64,000 bases of DNA. Origin: the human T2T-CHM13v2.0 reference genome, Homo sapiens. The notes below the pieces were generated by a model. The model had not been told where the DNA came from and did no database searches. It saw only the letters and a list, made by a program, of their open reading frames with translations. The stretch is taken from assembly GCF_009914755.1 (NCBI RefSeq), contig NC_060937.1; one strand, 5' to 3'. Below, piece by piece: positions 1-14,266 of this stretch (position 1 is the stretch's first letter; every line of letters begins with the position of its first letter). Made by a program: the position numbers and the translations under genes.

Positions 1-77
1 TTTTTGCTTAAAAGTATTAAATTACTGGCTATACGTCTTATTTATTTGCCAGGACTCACCTTAAAGGTAAGGCTATG

Positions 78-368
78 GGCCAGGCACAGTGGCTCACACC
101 TGTAATCCCAGCACTTTGGGAGGCCGAGGCAGGTGGATCAGCTGAGGTCAAGAGTTCGAGACCAGCCTGGCCAACATGGCAAAGCCCCATCTCTACTAAA
201 AATACAAAAATTAGCTGGACGTGGTGGGCCCCTGTAATCCCAGCTATCTGGGAGGCTGAGGTAGGAAAATCACTTGAACCCAGGAGGCGGAGGTTGCGGT
301 GAGCCGAGATCATGCCACTGCACCCCAGCCTGGGCAACAGAGCAAGACTCCATCTCAAAAGAAAAAAA
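78..368 (+). mobile_element. Alu (AluS-type), full length
   Basis: Runs GGCCAGGCACAGTGGCTCACACCTGTAATCCC to an A tail. Perfect 15-bp TSD AAAGGTAAGGCTATG at 63-77 and 369-383, with a TT|AAAG L1 endonuclease site. Confidence 0.97.
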
Positions 369-661
369 AAAGGTAAGGCTATGTATGGCATGGTGTGCAA
401 ACGGATTTGTTGCTGCACACAGGATGACTGTTAACAACCTTGTTAATTGATTAGAGACCAAGACAAGTGATGATTTAGGCATTCATAATAATATATTCTA
501 CAGGTGTTAACTGTGTTTAGGTTATGTGTTAGGGAAGTGGCTAGAGGTTTTGGTGTTCTTGTAACACATCACCATTTCCTCCATTTAACATAAGGAGAAA
601 TGGATTTCCAGGCTGGGTTATTGCACAGAATGTCTAATTTTCAGCAACAGATTGCTGACCT

Positions 662-1330
662 TGAGACTGCCTTTGCAAAAATTATATGAATGAGAAAATT
701 ATGACAGTAAAAGAGATCTGATTTAACCGACAACCCCATCTTGCCTTTCCCTTAATCATTCCTGGGCTTAGGCCAAGTTAACTTTGAGACACATCTACTT
801 TATAGTTTAAATGATGACAGGTGTTCCCCTAAACTCAATCGCCTTTGTAAATCTAATGAAAGCCCATTAGGCTAGGGAGAAGAGAGGAGCCTGATTCGGC
901 TAAGACGTAGACACAAATGATTGCCAGCCACTCCTGCAGATAACACCACTGTTGTAGATTGGCCTTTTGAGATATCTTTTCAGGATTTTTGCATGTCTGA
1001 CACCCATGGCTCCACCTGGACCTGCCAACCTCCCTCTGGTGATCCCTGCTGGCAGCAATTCAGTATTAGAGGAGATCTTCAATCTCCTATGATTTCATAT
1101 CCACCCAAACAACTGGCAGCAGGCACCCACTCCATAGTCACTTCCACCCCTTTTCCCAAACTGCCTTTGAAAAACCCTTAGTTAGGAACTAAGGGCCTTT
1201 GGGGAGACTGACTTGAGTACTAACTCCATCTCCTACATGGCGTGGCCAGACTTGCGTCTATTAAAGTTTTTCTTTACTGCAATGCTGTGGTCTTTGTGCA
1301 GCAGGCAGGAAAAGCCCATCAGGCAGTACA
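662..1330 (+). mobile_element. Solo ERV1 LTR, LTR8 family (LTR8A/8B-like)
   Basis: Starts TGAGACTGCCTTTGCAAAAATTAT...GAGAAAATTATGACAGTAAAAGAGATCTGA and ends GGCAGTACA. TG...CA termini; 4-bp TSD acct/gcct. Confidence 0.85.
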
Positions 1331-1359
1331 GCCTGAGGAGGGAAATGCCTGTGTTGTTC

Positions 1360-1458
1360 TTATTTGTTTTGCTTGATGTCTATCTGCCCTCACTAACATG
1401 CAAGATCCATGTGAGCAGGACCTTCAATGTGTTTTGCTTCCTGATGCTTCCCAGAACA
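1360..1458 (+). mobile_element. L2 3' fragment
   Basis: tgtctatctgccctcactaacatgcaagatccatgtgagcaggac resembles the L2 3' end. Confidence 0.55.
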
Positions 1459-1808
1459 TTGTAAGAGCTCCGTATGTCCTGGTGAAGGCAAAATCTGTCT
1501 CTGGTATATTGGACTCCAGCAGGAACTACCTAAGAAGGGACCGGCTACCTCTGGGCTTAGCGCTGGCCACTATGTGGACTCATACTCTCCTCATAGGCCA
1601 CACTGCCAGGAGGGGAAGACTGAAAAATCCGTGTAGCTCTGTGGCTTGCAGAAGATTCCCAAGGACCACAGGTTATACCTCATCCAAGCAGAGTTGCCAT
1701 TATAGCACAGGAGCTCTAAAAGTCCATGTAAACTAGAGCAGGGAGGCTGCTAACATTAACTGAGTGCCCGCCATGTGAAGCAAGGATACACACTGTATGC
1801 ACACATCA

Positions 1809-2514
1809 TGCAGTAGGCTGCTTGCAAATGACTCCTAATGATCCCTGCCTCCTGGCATTCACACCCTTCTACAGTCCCTTGTTTTTGTGAGCAGACTGTG
1901 TCTTGCTTCACAATAAAATAGGGCAGGTGAAATAGGTTGTATTTCTGAGGTCAGGTTATAAAAGCCTGTGACTTCCTTCTTGCTGGAATTCCTTCTCCCT
2001 CTGGCTCTTCTCCAGGACTTGCTCTCAGGAAACAAGCTTTGCTGTTGTGAGCTGCCCTCTGGAGACCCCCACAGGGCAAGGAATGAGGACCATCCCCAGC
2101 CAACTGCTGTAAGGACCTGAGGCCACAGATATTGTTTGACCATATCTATTCAGCCACAGTGGAAACCTACTAGGTAGGGTTGGTCTAACCTAACATATTG
2201 GTGCTTTGCTGGGGAAATTCCCAGAGGAAGTTCACAGTCCTGAGCATCAGTCAGAGGGAGGAGGCCCAACAGAAACTGAGGCCTGCTAACAACAACATGA
2301 GTGAGCTTGCAAGCAGCTCTTTCCCCCACTGAACCTTGAGATGACTGCAACCCAGAAGACACCCTGACTGTTGTCTCAGGAGCCACTGAGTTAGAGGACC
2401 TGTTAAGCTGCACCAAGATTCCTGAGCCACAGAAACTGTGAGATAACCCATGGTGCTGTATTAAGTTACTAAGTTTTGGGGTCATTTGTTACACAGCAAT
2501 AGATCACTAATACA
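1809..2514 (+). mobile_element. MaLR solo LTR, MLT1F-like, with an internal interruption of about 135 bp
   Basis: 5' end TGCAGTAGGCTG...GATCCCTGCCTCCTGG; 3' end ACAGAAACTGTGAGATA...TTTGTTACACAGCAATAGATCACTAATACA. Confidence 0.8.
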
Positions 2515-2542
2515 CACTATTTCACTGAGTCTTCATGCAACT

Positions 2543-2630
2543 CGTTTTACAGGTGAGCACACTGAGGCTCAAGGTCACACAACAGCTAGACCAAGATTCA
2601 GCCCCAAAACAGTCTGGGTCTCATGCTCTT
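2543..2630 (-). mobile_element. MIR fragment
   Basis: ttttacaggtgagcacactgaggctcaaggtcacac is the MIR core in reverse. Confidence 0.6.
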
Positions 2631-4704
2631 GTTCTTTCCCACAATCCTGTTCCTCCTGCAGACCTTGATCATGGGCATGGCAGGAAGGCCCCTGGGAGTC
2701 TGTTCTCTGGAGTATCCTGAGCTTTCCCGTGGTCATTTTCACAGATCTATGGTTGTCCGTCTCACTGCAGCATGCAACATAAAACTACACGCGTGTCTTC
2801 AGAATCTTTCAAACACCAGGTTCAGCCCTTCAAACAAGGCTGGGCAACTTCGGGGGATGAAGTCTATTTTTATTTTTAAGAAGCCATCTGCCTTCCCTTT
2901 AGTTTAGAAATTTAACCAGAGCTGGAAAAGAATAAATAAATATTTGAGAATGGTGTGCAGTTGGGCAAGTTTCTCTCTCACACATCTGTAATCTCTTATA
3001 TTGTCAAAGGGCCACTACCAAGGATAAAGGAGGAATAAAGGATCAGTCTATTACTAACTATTGATACTTACAGTAAGGGCTCAGTGAAGTGACATTAGTG
3101 CCAGGCTTGTGGAAGACACTCCTGGGGCCTGATTCGACAGGCAGTGAAGTGAAAGTGAGCCACCCTGGCCTGCGGGCTTGGCCTCTAGAGCTCTTTCCCT
3201 CCCTCAATTTGCAGAGATGCATATTGCCCAGGTCATTGCTAAAGAGGCCTCTTCCCCATCCCAGCAATTTGATCACTTTCAGTGTCCCCTTGTCAGAGGG
3301 CAGACTTGGCCAGCATTGCCCCTGCCCTTGCGGAATGACTTGGTGATTGAGTGGGTTCCATCTACACCAAACAGGGATCATGTCCTCAGCCCAGCTCCTC
3401 ATCCAAGAATAAAATCCTGAACTGGATTGCTTTTATTGTTTCTTAAGGAAAAATCTACACTAACAAATGAAATTAAGTAACACAAACCTGGTTAATTAGT
3501 CAATATCAATCACAATGTAGACTCAAAATGGGTCTCTTCTACAATGGTAGAAGCATTGACCAGAATCACCCAGAAATATGACCCCTCCACATTCTGCTGG
3601 GATGAGGTGCCCTTCCTACTCTATTTTCACATAGGCATGTTTGTTCTTGTTGTGGAGAAGGTAGGGAAAGCCTCCTCCTTTGGACTCACTCTCAGGGCTG
3701 TGAACTCTCTCTGGGAAGTTCCCCAGCAAAGCACCGACATGATAAGTCAGACCAACACTACCTAGTAAGCTTTAGTTGTGGCCAAATAAATACAGTCAAT
3801 CACTATCTATCCAGGAAGGGCGAGGCTATATAAGATAGAGTTTAGGGTTGTAAATAAATAAAAACTAAAATTAACCTAACAAAGCTAACATGCTATTTTA
3901 TCCAAGGACAAATTTTTCATTGATTGATTACATGATAATCACACAGAAATGCAATGTATGAGTGTGATGGGTGTACTAACAAATAAGTGATTGACCTGCT
4001 ACAAGTGTTTACAATTTTTCCTGTGTGTTTGTAATCAAACACGGTGGTCCCCATTGTCTCTACTGTAATATGCATTTTAATAATTAAGCAAAAGACAAAG
4101 GTAGAGGTTAACTCTATAGACCTGGGTCCCACGAACCCCCACTCTCTCTCCCTGGCTCTGTCGTCTAGGCAGGGAGAACTCACTGTAGCAGAAGAGCCAG
4201 TCCTCAAGGGCCTGGGCTGGGGTAGAGATACACCCAGGGAATGAGAGATGTCATGATCAGCGGCCTTGGAGGTGAAAGAGAGAGAAGCGGCAATGTAGAC
4301 TGACCAGAGGCCTAGAGAAGGAGGCCAGGACAAGGCCCTTCTGGGAACAGATACCAGAAGCATAAATGGGCTGCTGTTGAGCAGACAGCACAGGCACAGG
4401 GGTAACCGGAGGTGGGAATCAGGCAGCTAAGAAAGTTCAAACTGGAAGAACAGACATCCTGACAAGGGCAGGTCACAATCCGAGCCAGGTGAGCAGTGGA
4501 GACTCAGTCATAGCCAATGCAAGTCACACATGGAGGGAAGATGAAGGAGCAACAGGCGTGAGCCTTTCTGAAATGTTTGGGGTCCAAAAATTTCTGTCCC
4601 ATTGCAAAAACACCAGTAGCCTGTAACCAATACAACAATCAGGAAGTAGTATGTGCAGTGAGATGATTCCAAGCTTGAACTGGCCATGAGCCAAATATAG
4701 GATA

Positions 4705-4876
4705 GCTACCTAGCTCAGTGACCTTAGCTAACCTTAAGCCACTTAGTAAGCCTCCATTTCCTCATCTGTAAAATGGAGGTAATAATAGTAGCTAATTTAT
4801 TGATTTGTTGTAAGGATTCAAGAAGAGAATGCATTCAATGAATGTATTCCCAGCACATAGTTAGTGCTTGACAAAC
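4705..4876 (+). mobile_element. MIR
   Basis: gtgaccttag...gcctccatttcctcatctgtaaaatggaggtaataatag...cccagcacatagttagtgct. Confidence 0.8.
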
Positions 4877-5734
4877 AGAAAGTGTAGATGCCATTCCTAT
4901 GAACAATAAATCCAAGAGTGGCTTGCAATGCTGGTCCAGGTCCGGGGGTGGGAGGAAGCGAAGTCAGACGTCTGTTGTCTTTAAGATGCTGTGGGCAGGA
5001 GTCTTTTACATGCAAGCTTGAGAGTTCTCCACAAAGCAGAATTAATTAGGTCATCCCTGCGATGCACCTCATATTCCTCACCCTTGTCTTGATGCCTGAA
5101 CTTCCAGAAACCTCTTCCCCTGACTTCAGGCATCTGTCCAGGTCCCTTGGCCACACCCCAGATTTCCTGATGCTCTGCTTCCCATCGGGACTTGGAACAC
5201 CTTTCCCATTTATGTCCCAGGCCTGAAGTCACAGGAACCCTGGCTACAAGGCCCTGTGTATGTGTGAAAGGGGATTACCTGCATGGTCAAAATAGCACGT
5301 AGATTGGGACAGCCCACCCAGGAGTGGTAGAACAAGGCATAATTCAGAAGTGAATTCTGAATTTCAAACATCCTCTGTTCCAGAATGTAGGGAAAGAGAA
5401 GCAGGATAGGGGATGGAGAAGGTGACATTTGACACGTAATGAGTCAGGAAGACTCATCCTAGGATGGAGTCAGGGTGGCTTCATGTTCCAGGGTGCCCCA
5501 AAAAAGCTAGGCCTGTGTCTGTCCCTCAAGGCCCAGCAACTCCTGGGACTAGGTCTTCAGTACTATAGCATGCCACTATTGGCCAATCTAGGGGAGGAAG
5601 CTTTTCCTAACACACCTCTTTCACAGCCACCCACATCTTCCCAGTGGCTCTAGCAATAAAGCCCTCCCTCTTCAGACTAGCAACCAAGCTTAAAATTCAA
5701 ACCCAATTCAACTCAGTCACACTAAAACATGTTT

Positions 5735-5960
5735 AATAATAATAGCTGATGCTTAGTGAGAACTTACTGTATCACAGGCAGATGTTTGCTCAAGTCATTG
5801 CATGTAATCCTCAACATGGCTCTAAATGCTAATACCTGCATTGTACAGATGAAGAAACTGAAGCTAGAGAGGTTAACTAAATTGTCCAAAGTTCACAGTT
5901 CATAGTACAACAGAGATGAAAATCCAGCTTTGGCTGACACCAGAGGTCTCCCTTTTAAGC
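5735..5960 (-). mobile_element. MIR
   Basis: aataatagctgatgcttagtgagaacttact...cattgtacagatgaagaaactgaagctagagaggttaactaa. Confidence 0.8.
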
Positions 5961-7091
5961 ACGCTATCCTGTCTCTCTAACATAACGAACTGACACTGGA
6001 TGATTTGCAAGAGGGCTTTGATGGGCAAGAGGGCTTAAGATAGCATGAATGGTGGGTGCCCAAAGGTAGGAGGGAGTAGAAAATGAACACTCACATGCCA
6101 AAGCTAAAGCCTCCAGCTTTCCAGTTTGCTCAGACCTCCATCTGTGTGCCTCTGGCTAGGCATGTCTGAGAGGAAGTACCCAAAGATGGTTTAAGCTAGG
6201 GGCTGCCAGCTGCTTGTAAGGCTGGATCACGGTTCATACCCAGACCAACAATTATACCCATAGCCAAAAAGAAACCACTAGCCATGCCTCCTCCCACCTA
6301 CACAAGCTGTAATCAGCAAGTTGAAACCACAAAGGCTGCAGAGACAGCATCTTCCAAATGAAGAAAGGTCAGACCCAGGTATTCTTAAGCCTAAGGACAA
6401 TGGGCTTTCTACTATTTTTAAAAAGTTATCAGGCAAACAAGTAATCATTTCATTTAAAATTTGAAAGCTTCAGGAGAGTAAGCCATGCAAATACATGCAA
6501 AACGTATTCTCTTACTCTTTTAAGCCCTCCCAAGCATGACTACTAGTTAAAGATGATTGAAAGCCCATGTGCTGACTGCTTGGAGACATTGCCTGGTGAC
6601 CTTTAGGAACAATCAACTTCAAACACCAAGCAACCTCATACCTAATAACAGGCTGCATTTCCAAACATTCATTTGTAAACAGGATGCTTTCTCCAAACAC
6701 ACAATGCTGGTTCAACACCAGGCTAGCCCACAGAAGCCCATGAGTGGCCACCTTAACTCTAGCACACAGCATCTGAAGTCTATGCTAAATATTTTGTAGG
6801 GATCAGCATAGCCATGGAGTTTGGACTTTGCTCTAAATGTACTGGGGAGCTGTGAATGAATTTTCTTCTGGAGAGTTACCTAATGAAAGTGATGCTTTGC
6901 AACAGTTGACCTGAATGTAATTACACAGTGTAAGTTGAAGCAGAGAGACTGGTAAAGGTGACATTGCAAAAATCCAGTTTTGAGTTGATAAAGGATTAAA
7001 GTAGAGTGATTGCAACTGACATATATAACAATTTATTTACATTGATTAATTAAACCAATTTTTAGTTAGCACTTACTATGTCTCCTGGAGA

Positions 7092-8260
<1,169 letters not shown>

Positions 8261-8366
8261 GTGACTATGTTTGTCCTGGTGACAGTAAGAATAATCTCAT
8301 TGGCAGAAAGGGGAAAGTGAGGAGCCAGAGCCAGGTCAGTGGTAGCAAATCAGCAAGTGCATGTTC

Positions 8367-8422
8367 GGCGATGACAGAACTCTTCACAGTGAGTGTGTGT
8401 CTGGCGATGACAGAACTCTTCA
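8367..8422. repeat. Short tandem duplication, period 36 bp
   Basis: GGCGATGACAGAACTCTTCA is exact at 8367-8386 and 8403-8422. Confidence 0.9.
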
Positions 8423-8736
8423 GCCCTAAGGTGCTGCCCAGGCTCCTCCTCCTCTCAAGAAAGATGATTCATTGATGAACCGATACAGAGCTTGGCCATA
8501 TTTAGTGAACACTTGCCAAGTGTCAGCCACTTTCCCCAACTCTAGAGATAAAGGAACAAATCAGATAGAGTTACTCCCCCAAGGAAACCCAACCTAGAAG
8601 GGGGAGATAGGCATGAAACAGACAATGATCCATGCAGTGTGACTGGGTTGATCATAGACACACATGCTAGGAACATCACTAAAGTCATGAAGGAAATAGT
8701 GGCCCCTCCACTTCCTAGAAGGTAATGTACTCTGGT

Positions 8737-9203
8737 GTCTGTGTTTGTTTGCTAGGACTGCCATGACAAAGTACCACAAATTGGGTGGCTTAAAACAACA
8801 GAAATGTATTCTTTCACTGTTCTGGAAGCTAGAAGTCTGAAATCAAGGTGTTGGCAAGGCCATGCTCCCTCTGTAGGCTCCAGGGAAGAATCTTTCCTTG
8901 TGTCATCCTAGATTCAGGTGGCTCCTGGCAATCCTTGGCTTTCCTTGGTTTATGGCAGCATAACCAATCTCAGCCTCTGTCTTTGCATGGCTTTCTTCAC
9001 TTTGTGTCTATACATCCAAATCTCCCTCTCCTTTCCCTTATAAAGACACCAATCATTGGATTTAAGGCCCACATTAACTCCATATGACCTCATCTTAACT
9101 TGACTTACTCGAAGACCCTATTCCAAACAAGGTCCCATCCACAGGTACCAGACGGTAGAATATAAACAGATCTTTTTGAAGGAAATAATTCAACCCACTA
9201 TAG
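8737..9203 (-). mobile_element. MaLR solo LTR, MLT1B/C-like
   Basis: ttgctaggactgccatgacaaagtaccacaaattgggtggcttaaaacaacagaaatgtattc...ccctattccaaacaaggtccc...aattcaacccactata. Confidence 0.85.
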
Positions 9204-9671
9204 CATCCCTCTTTTTCCAGCACCAAGGTTGGTGCCTGACACCCAGTAGGTGCCCAAAATATGTTTGTTGAATTGCATCAGTAGCCTGTTGTGTTAGAAA
9301 AGAAGGGAAGAGGGTCTTCGCTAAAAGGAAATATGATTTGTATCTGATATATGGCCCTAAGGTCAATTTTGGGAAAGGATTTCACAGTTCATGATTGCTT
9401 TCATAAATTCCTTTCAATTAGTATGTGAATCTTATAGTATCTTATACTCTTGTTATAGGGTCTATTGAAGCCGCCCTCCTTCCAAAGGAGAAAAGCAAAT
9501 TACTTTACCAGGAGAAATTCTAAAATAGAGTTAATTTTTTATCATATATGTCAGGAAGCCTTAATATCGATGACTTTTCCTCAGCACATTAAGAATTCTC
9601 CAAGAATTGATATAATCTCTATGGAGAAAAACTCAGCAAGGCCAACCAAAGTTTAAGATATATCTACCTCT

Positions 9672-10593
<922 letters not shown>

Positions 10594-11226
10594 TGTAACT
10601 GGTACCCCCATTTTTCTAAAAAGTAGTTTAATGATTATATTTTCTCTCTTCTTTTCTCATTTCCCTGGTTCCCCACTTCCTACTTAGCCCTTTAGAAATG
10701 CAACTATAGCCTTTTACCCCACCCGCCTTCACCAGATACTCCCTACAGGGCAAGTTCATCTAACTCCTTGAAAATTAACAGTTGATTTACAGACCAAAGT
10801 ATGCCTGCTGTGGAACTCCCGCCCCTCAGGAAGTTGCCTCAAGAGATACCGCTGATTTCTATGAGACTCCCCCTCACCAGGAAGCCGCCTCAAGAGCTAT
10901 AAAACTCTCCCCCATCTGGGGCATTTCTGGCCTAGTCCTGCCCATAAAGGCACCAGTGGTCACCAGTGACCTACTGCATAATAGATAAGGCACTGGAGCT
11001 AACACATAGACCCCGCTGCCTTGCTCACTGCTGCCCCCCGCCCCACCCTGCGTTTTAAAAGTGCCTGCTTTCTGCTCCAAAAGCGAAGTGGTACATTTAA
11101 AGGGGACACCTGTGCTTCTTCCCCTTAGCTACCTTTGAAAATAAATCACTTTCTTTATACCATACATTGCCCTTGTTAATAGGACTCTCTGTAAGTGGCG
11201 AGCAACTAACCTGCATTTTGGTTACA
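10594..11226 (+). mobile_element. 5' LTR (LTR29/MER83-like)
   Basis: TGTAACTGGTACCCCCATTTTTCTAA...CCCCACTTCCTACTTAGCCCTTTAGAAATGC...AATAAA...CTAACCTGCATTTTGGTTACA; clearly homologous to 18786-19382. Confidence 0.9.
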
Positions 11227-11230
11227 ATTT

Positions 11231-11248
11231 TGGTGGCCCATGTAGGGA
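11231..11248 (+). promoter_or_regulatory. Primer binding site, probably tRNA-Ile
   Basis: TGGTGGCCCATGTAGGGA lies 4 nt after the LTR end. It matches the tRNA-Ile(AAU) complement TGGTGGCCCGTACGGGGA at 14/18 positions, and most mismatches fall at CpG positions. Confidence 0.65.
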
Positions 11249-12340
11249 ACGCTGCCTGCCCTGGGTGATCCAAGCCTGTCAACTCAATTTCACTACTGGG
11301 CAAGGTCGGGGGTTGCCTGTGGGTCCAGATGCTCATGGCTAGCAGACCCTGTGATGGGAGTGTTACAGAACTTCCCAGCAGCTGCCATAAACATTTTTGT
11401 TTTGGGGGAACATCTGTTTTGCCTCCTGGCACGATATTTGCTGCCTTCAGTGCTTCACTGGTACGAAGAAAGTGACCTCTAGAAGAAAAAAAAAAAAACA
11501 GCAAATTTTGGAACTGGGTAAGTTTGTTGGAAATGTGCCCACCCACCCTATACCTCTTTTGGGGTGTTGCTAGGGCTGTGCTCTACTTAAGACGTGGCTG
11601 TTAGTGACACCATTTGAGCATTTTATGCGCTTGTATTTGTTTGCGTCTGCAGTACCATAGGAGTTTTACTCAGATCAGACTCAGAGACCCATGGAGCCCT
11701 TTAGAACTGAGGAAGGGAATTCAGGATCTCACCCAGTCCCCTTGATTGGGACTCATTTGGAAACAGGCTATTTGTTTGCAAATGTATTACTTTGTGTATG
11801 GACCCTGATCCCTACTTTATGGAAGATAAATGAGAATAGTGGGGGTAGCAGCCTCACACTGTGTGGTGGCTATTAATAGAAGGCTCCAGAATTTCCTTTT
11901 GGTCACCACCTTTTTTCTTCCTCTCCCTTTTTTCTCACACCTCACTTAGAAAACCTGCCTCCTACATGAAGGCTGGTTAGGCTGTATCTTCCTCTATTTT
12001 CTTTCCTGCTTGTCTTTTTTGAGAGTGTATGTGTGTGTTTCTGTGTATGTATATGTATCTTGTTATGTATTTTAGCCACGAAGTACACACTGGCTTAAAG
12101 TTAGGGAGTACTCATAAGTTAAGTGAATAAGCCCAAATGCTTATCTTTAATAAATAAGCTGGCTTTTAAATCATTGATAAAATAATATTAGAAGTGTCTT
12201 AAGAATTGTCAACATACATTTTTGTTTGAATTTATTGATCAAGTGGTTTCATATTTATCTCTGCCAGATATTATTAGGTGTCAAAATTTGGCATAAGAAT
12301 TATAAAACTATAAGCCCAACCCAAAATGGAATGATCTTTA

Positions 12341-12982
12341 TAACACAGCTCTGATGACTGAAGGAACACCAGGATCCTTAGTCTCGCGCTGATTTTGATA
12401 GAACAACACGGACACACGCGGAGTGGTTTTTAAGGAGTGAAAAGTTTAATAGGCAAGAAAGAAGGAAGGCAGGAAGGAGAAAACAGCTCCCCCATACAGA
12501 GACCGAGGGAGGGGGGATAAGAACAAAGAGAAAACCCCAAGGGCAGCGGAAAAGTGGCTGCTTATATGAGGAGGCAAGAGGAGGTGGTGTCTGTTTTGCA
12601 TAGGGCTCAGGGGGTTGGTTTGACCAGGCATGTCATTCCTGTAGTAGCCCGCGAAAAACCTGGCCCTCCCACCCTACCCTTTTAATATGTAAATGCAGGG
12701 TGCCATGATGTTCTACACACATAGTGATATGTGGGGGTGGCCATGTTGCCAGGCACATGTGAGGGCAAGGGGAAGAAGGCAGTGGAAATCACCAAGTTTG
12801 GGTGGACCCAGTTTCTTATGGCAGGCATTTACATATCAAAGCTTGCTGCCCTGCTCTGAGAGCCAGGGCTTTCCTATTAGACAAGAAACGTTTCTGGAGC
12901 TGCGTTAAAAGAAACAAAAACTTCCAAGGACACCTTTTCCTCTCTATCTGCCTAAAATAATTTCTTAATAACTCTTATAACA
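12341..12982 (-). mobile_element. Solo ERV1 LTR, PABL_A/B, nested in the provirus
   Basis: Reverse strand starts TGTTATAAGAGTTATTAAGAAATTATTTTAGGCAGATAGAGAGGAAAAGG. Perfect TSD ttta/ttta; homologous to 29701-30283. Confidence 0.85.
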
Positions 12983-13045
12983 TTTATTTATGTAATTTTT
13001 GATAAGTAAGGCATTTAACATTGTTTAATGAAAACAGCTAAATCT

Positions 13046-13612
13046 TGAGAGGTGAAGCCAGCTGGACTTCCTGGGTCGAGTGGGGACTTGGAGAACCTTT
13101 CTGTCTAGCTAGAGGATTGTAAACACACCAGTGATCTGTGTCCAGCTAAAGAATTATAAATGCAGCAGCAGCACTCTGTAAAAACGCACCAATCAGTGCT
13201 CTGTGTCTAGCTAAAAGATTGTAAATGCAGCAATCAGCACTCTGTAAAAACGCACCAATCAGTGCTCTGTGTCTAGCTAAAGAATTGTAAGCGCACCAAT
13301 CAGCACTCTGTAAAATGGACCAATTAGTACTCTGTAAAATGGATCAGTCAGCCCTCTGTAAAATGGACCAATCAGCAGGACATGGGCGGGGACAAATAAG
13401 GGAATAAAAGCTGGGCACCCCCAGCCAGCAGCAGCAACCCACTGGGGTCCCCTTCCATGCTGTGGAAGCTTTGTTCTTTTGCTTTTCACAATAGCTCTTG
13501 CTGCTACTCACTCTTTGGGTCTGAGCTGTAACACTCACCATGAAGGTCCACGGCGTCATTCTTGAAGTCAGCGAGACCAAGAATCCACCAGAAGGAACCA
13601 ACTCCGGACACA
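13046..13612 (+). mobile_element. Solo LTR12 (LTR12F-like, HERV9), nested in the provirus
   Basis: TGAGAGGTGAAGCCAGCTGGACTTCCTGGGTCGAGTGGGGACTTGGAG, then tandem ACCAATCAGC(A/G)CTCTGTAAAA units, ending CAACTCCGGACACA. Confidence 0.92.
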
Positions 13613-13904
13613 TTGTGAATTTATTGACAAAATGACCACGTGTTTAACTTTAAGATTCTTACTTAAACGCCTGATGTTCACAAGCTTTAAAAACAGTTAA
13701 CAGGGAAATAAAATAATGACCATCTTTGTGTAATATCTCAATTTTCAAAGGTAATTCTAAATAAATGTTTAAAATGGGAAAATTAGGTACATATAAATGA
13801 GATAAATGCTTGTAAGTAAACTTTTTAAATAACATAAAATCTTAAAATCATTTTGGATGCTTAATGTATGTCTGGATCAGTTCCAATTAAGAAAGGGTTA
13901 TTAT

Positions 13905-14266
<362 letters not shown>

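Noticed and set aside
56-418. 120-aa ORF and the many similar ORFs containing [25 protein letters not shown] or [12 protein letters not shown]
   Set aside because: These are standard Alu reading frames, not genes.
11097-11546. 149-aa minus-strand ORF
   Set aside because: It runs antisense across the LTR/PBS/leader junction and has no recognisable domain.
13160-13380. Regularly spaced direct repeats resembling a CRISPR array
   Set aside because: These are the known tandem CCAAT units of LTR12, with no unique spacers or cas genes, in primate DNA.
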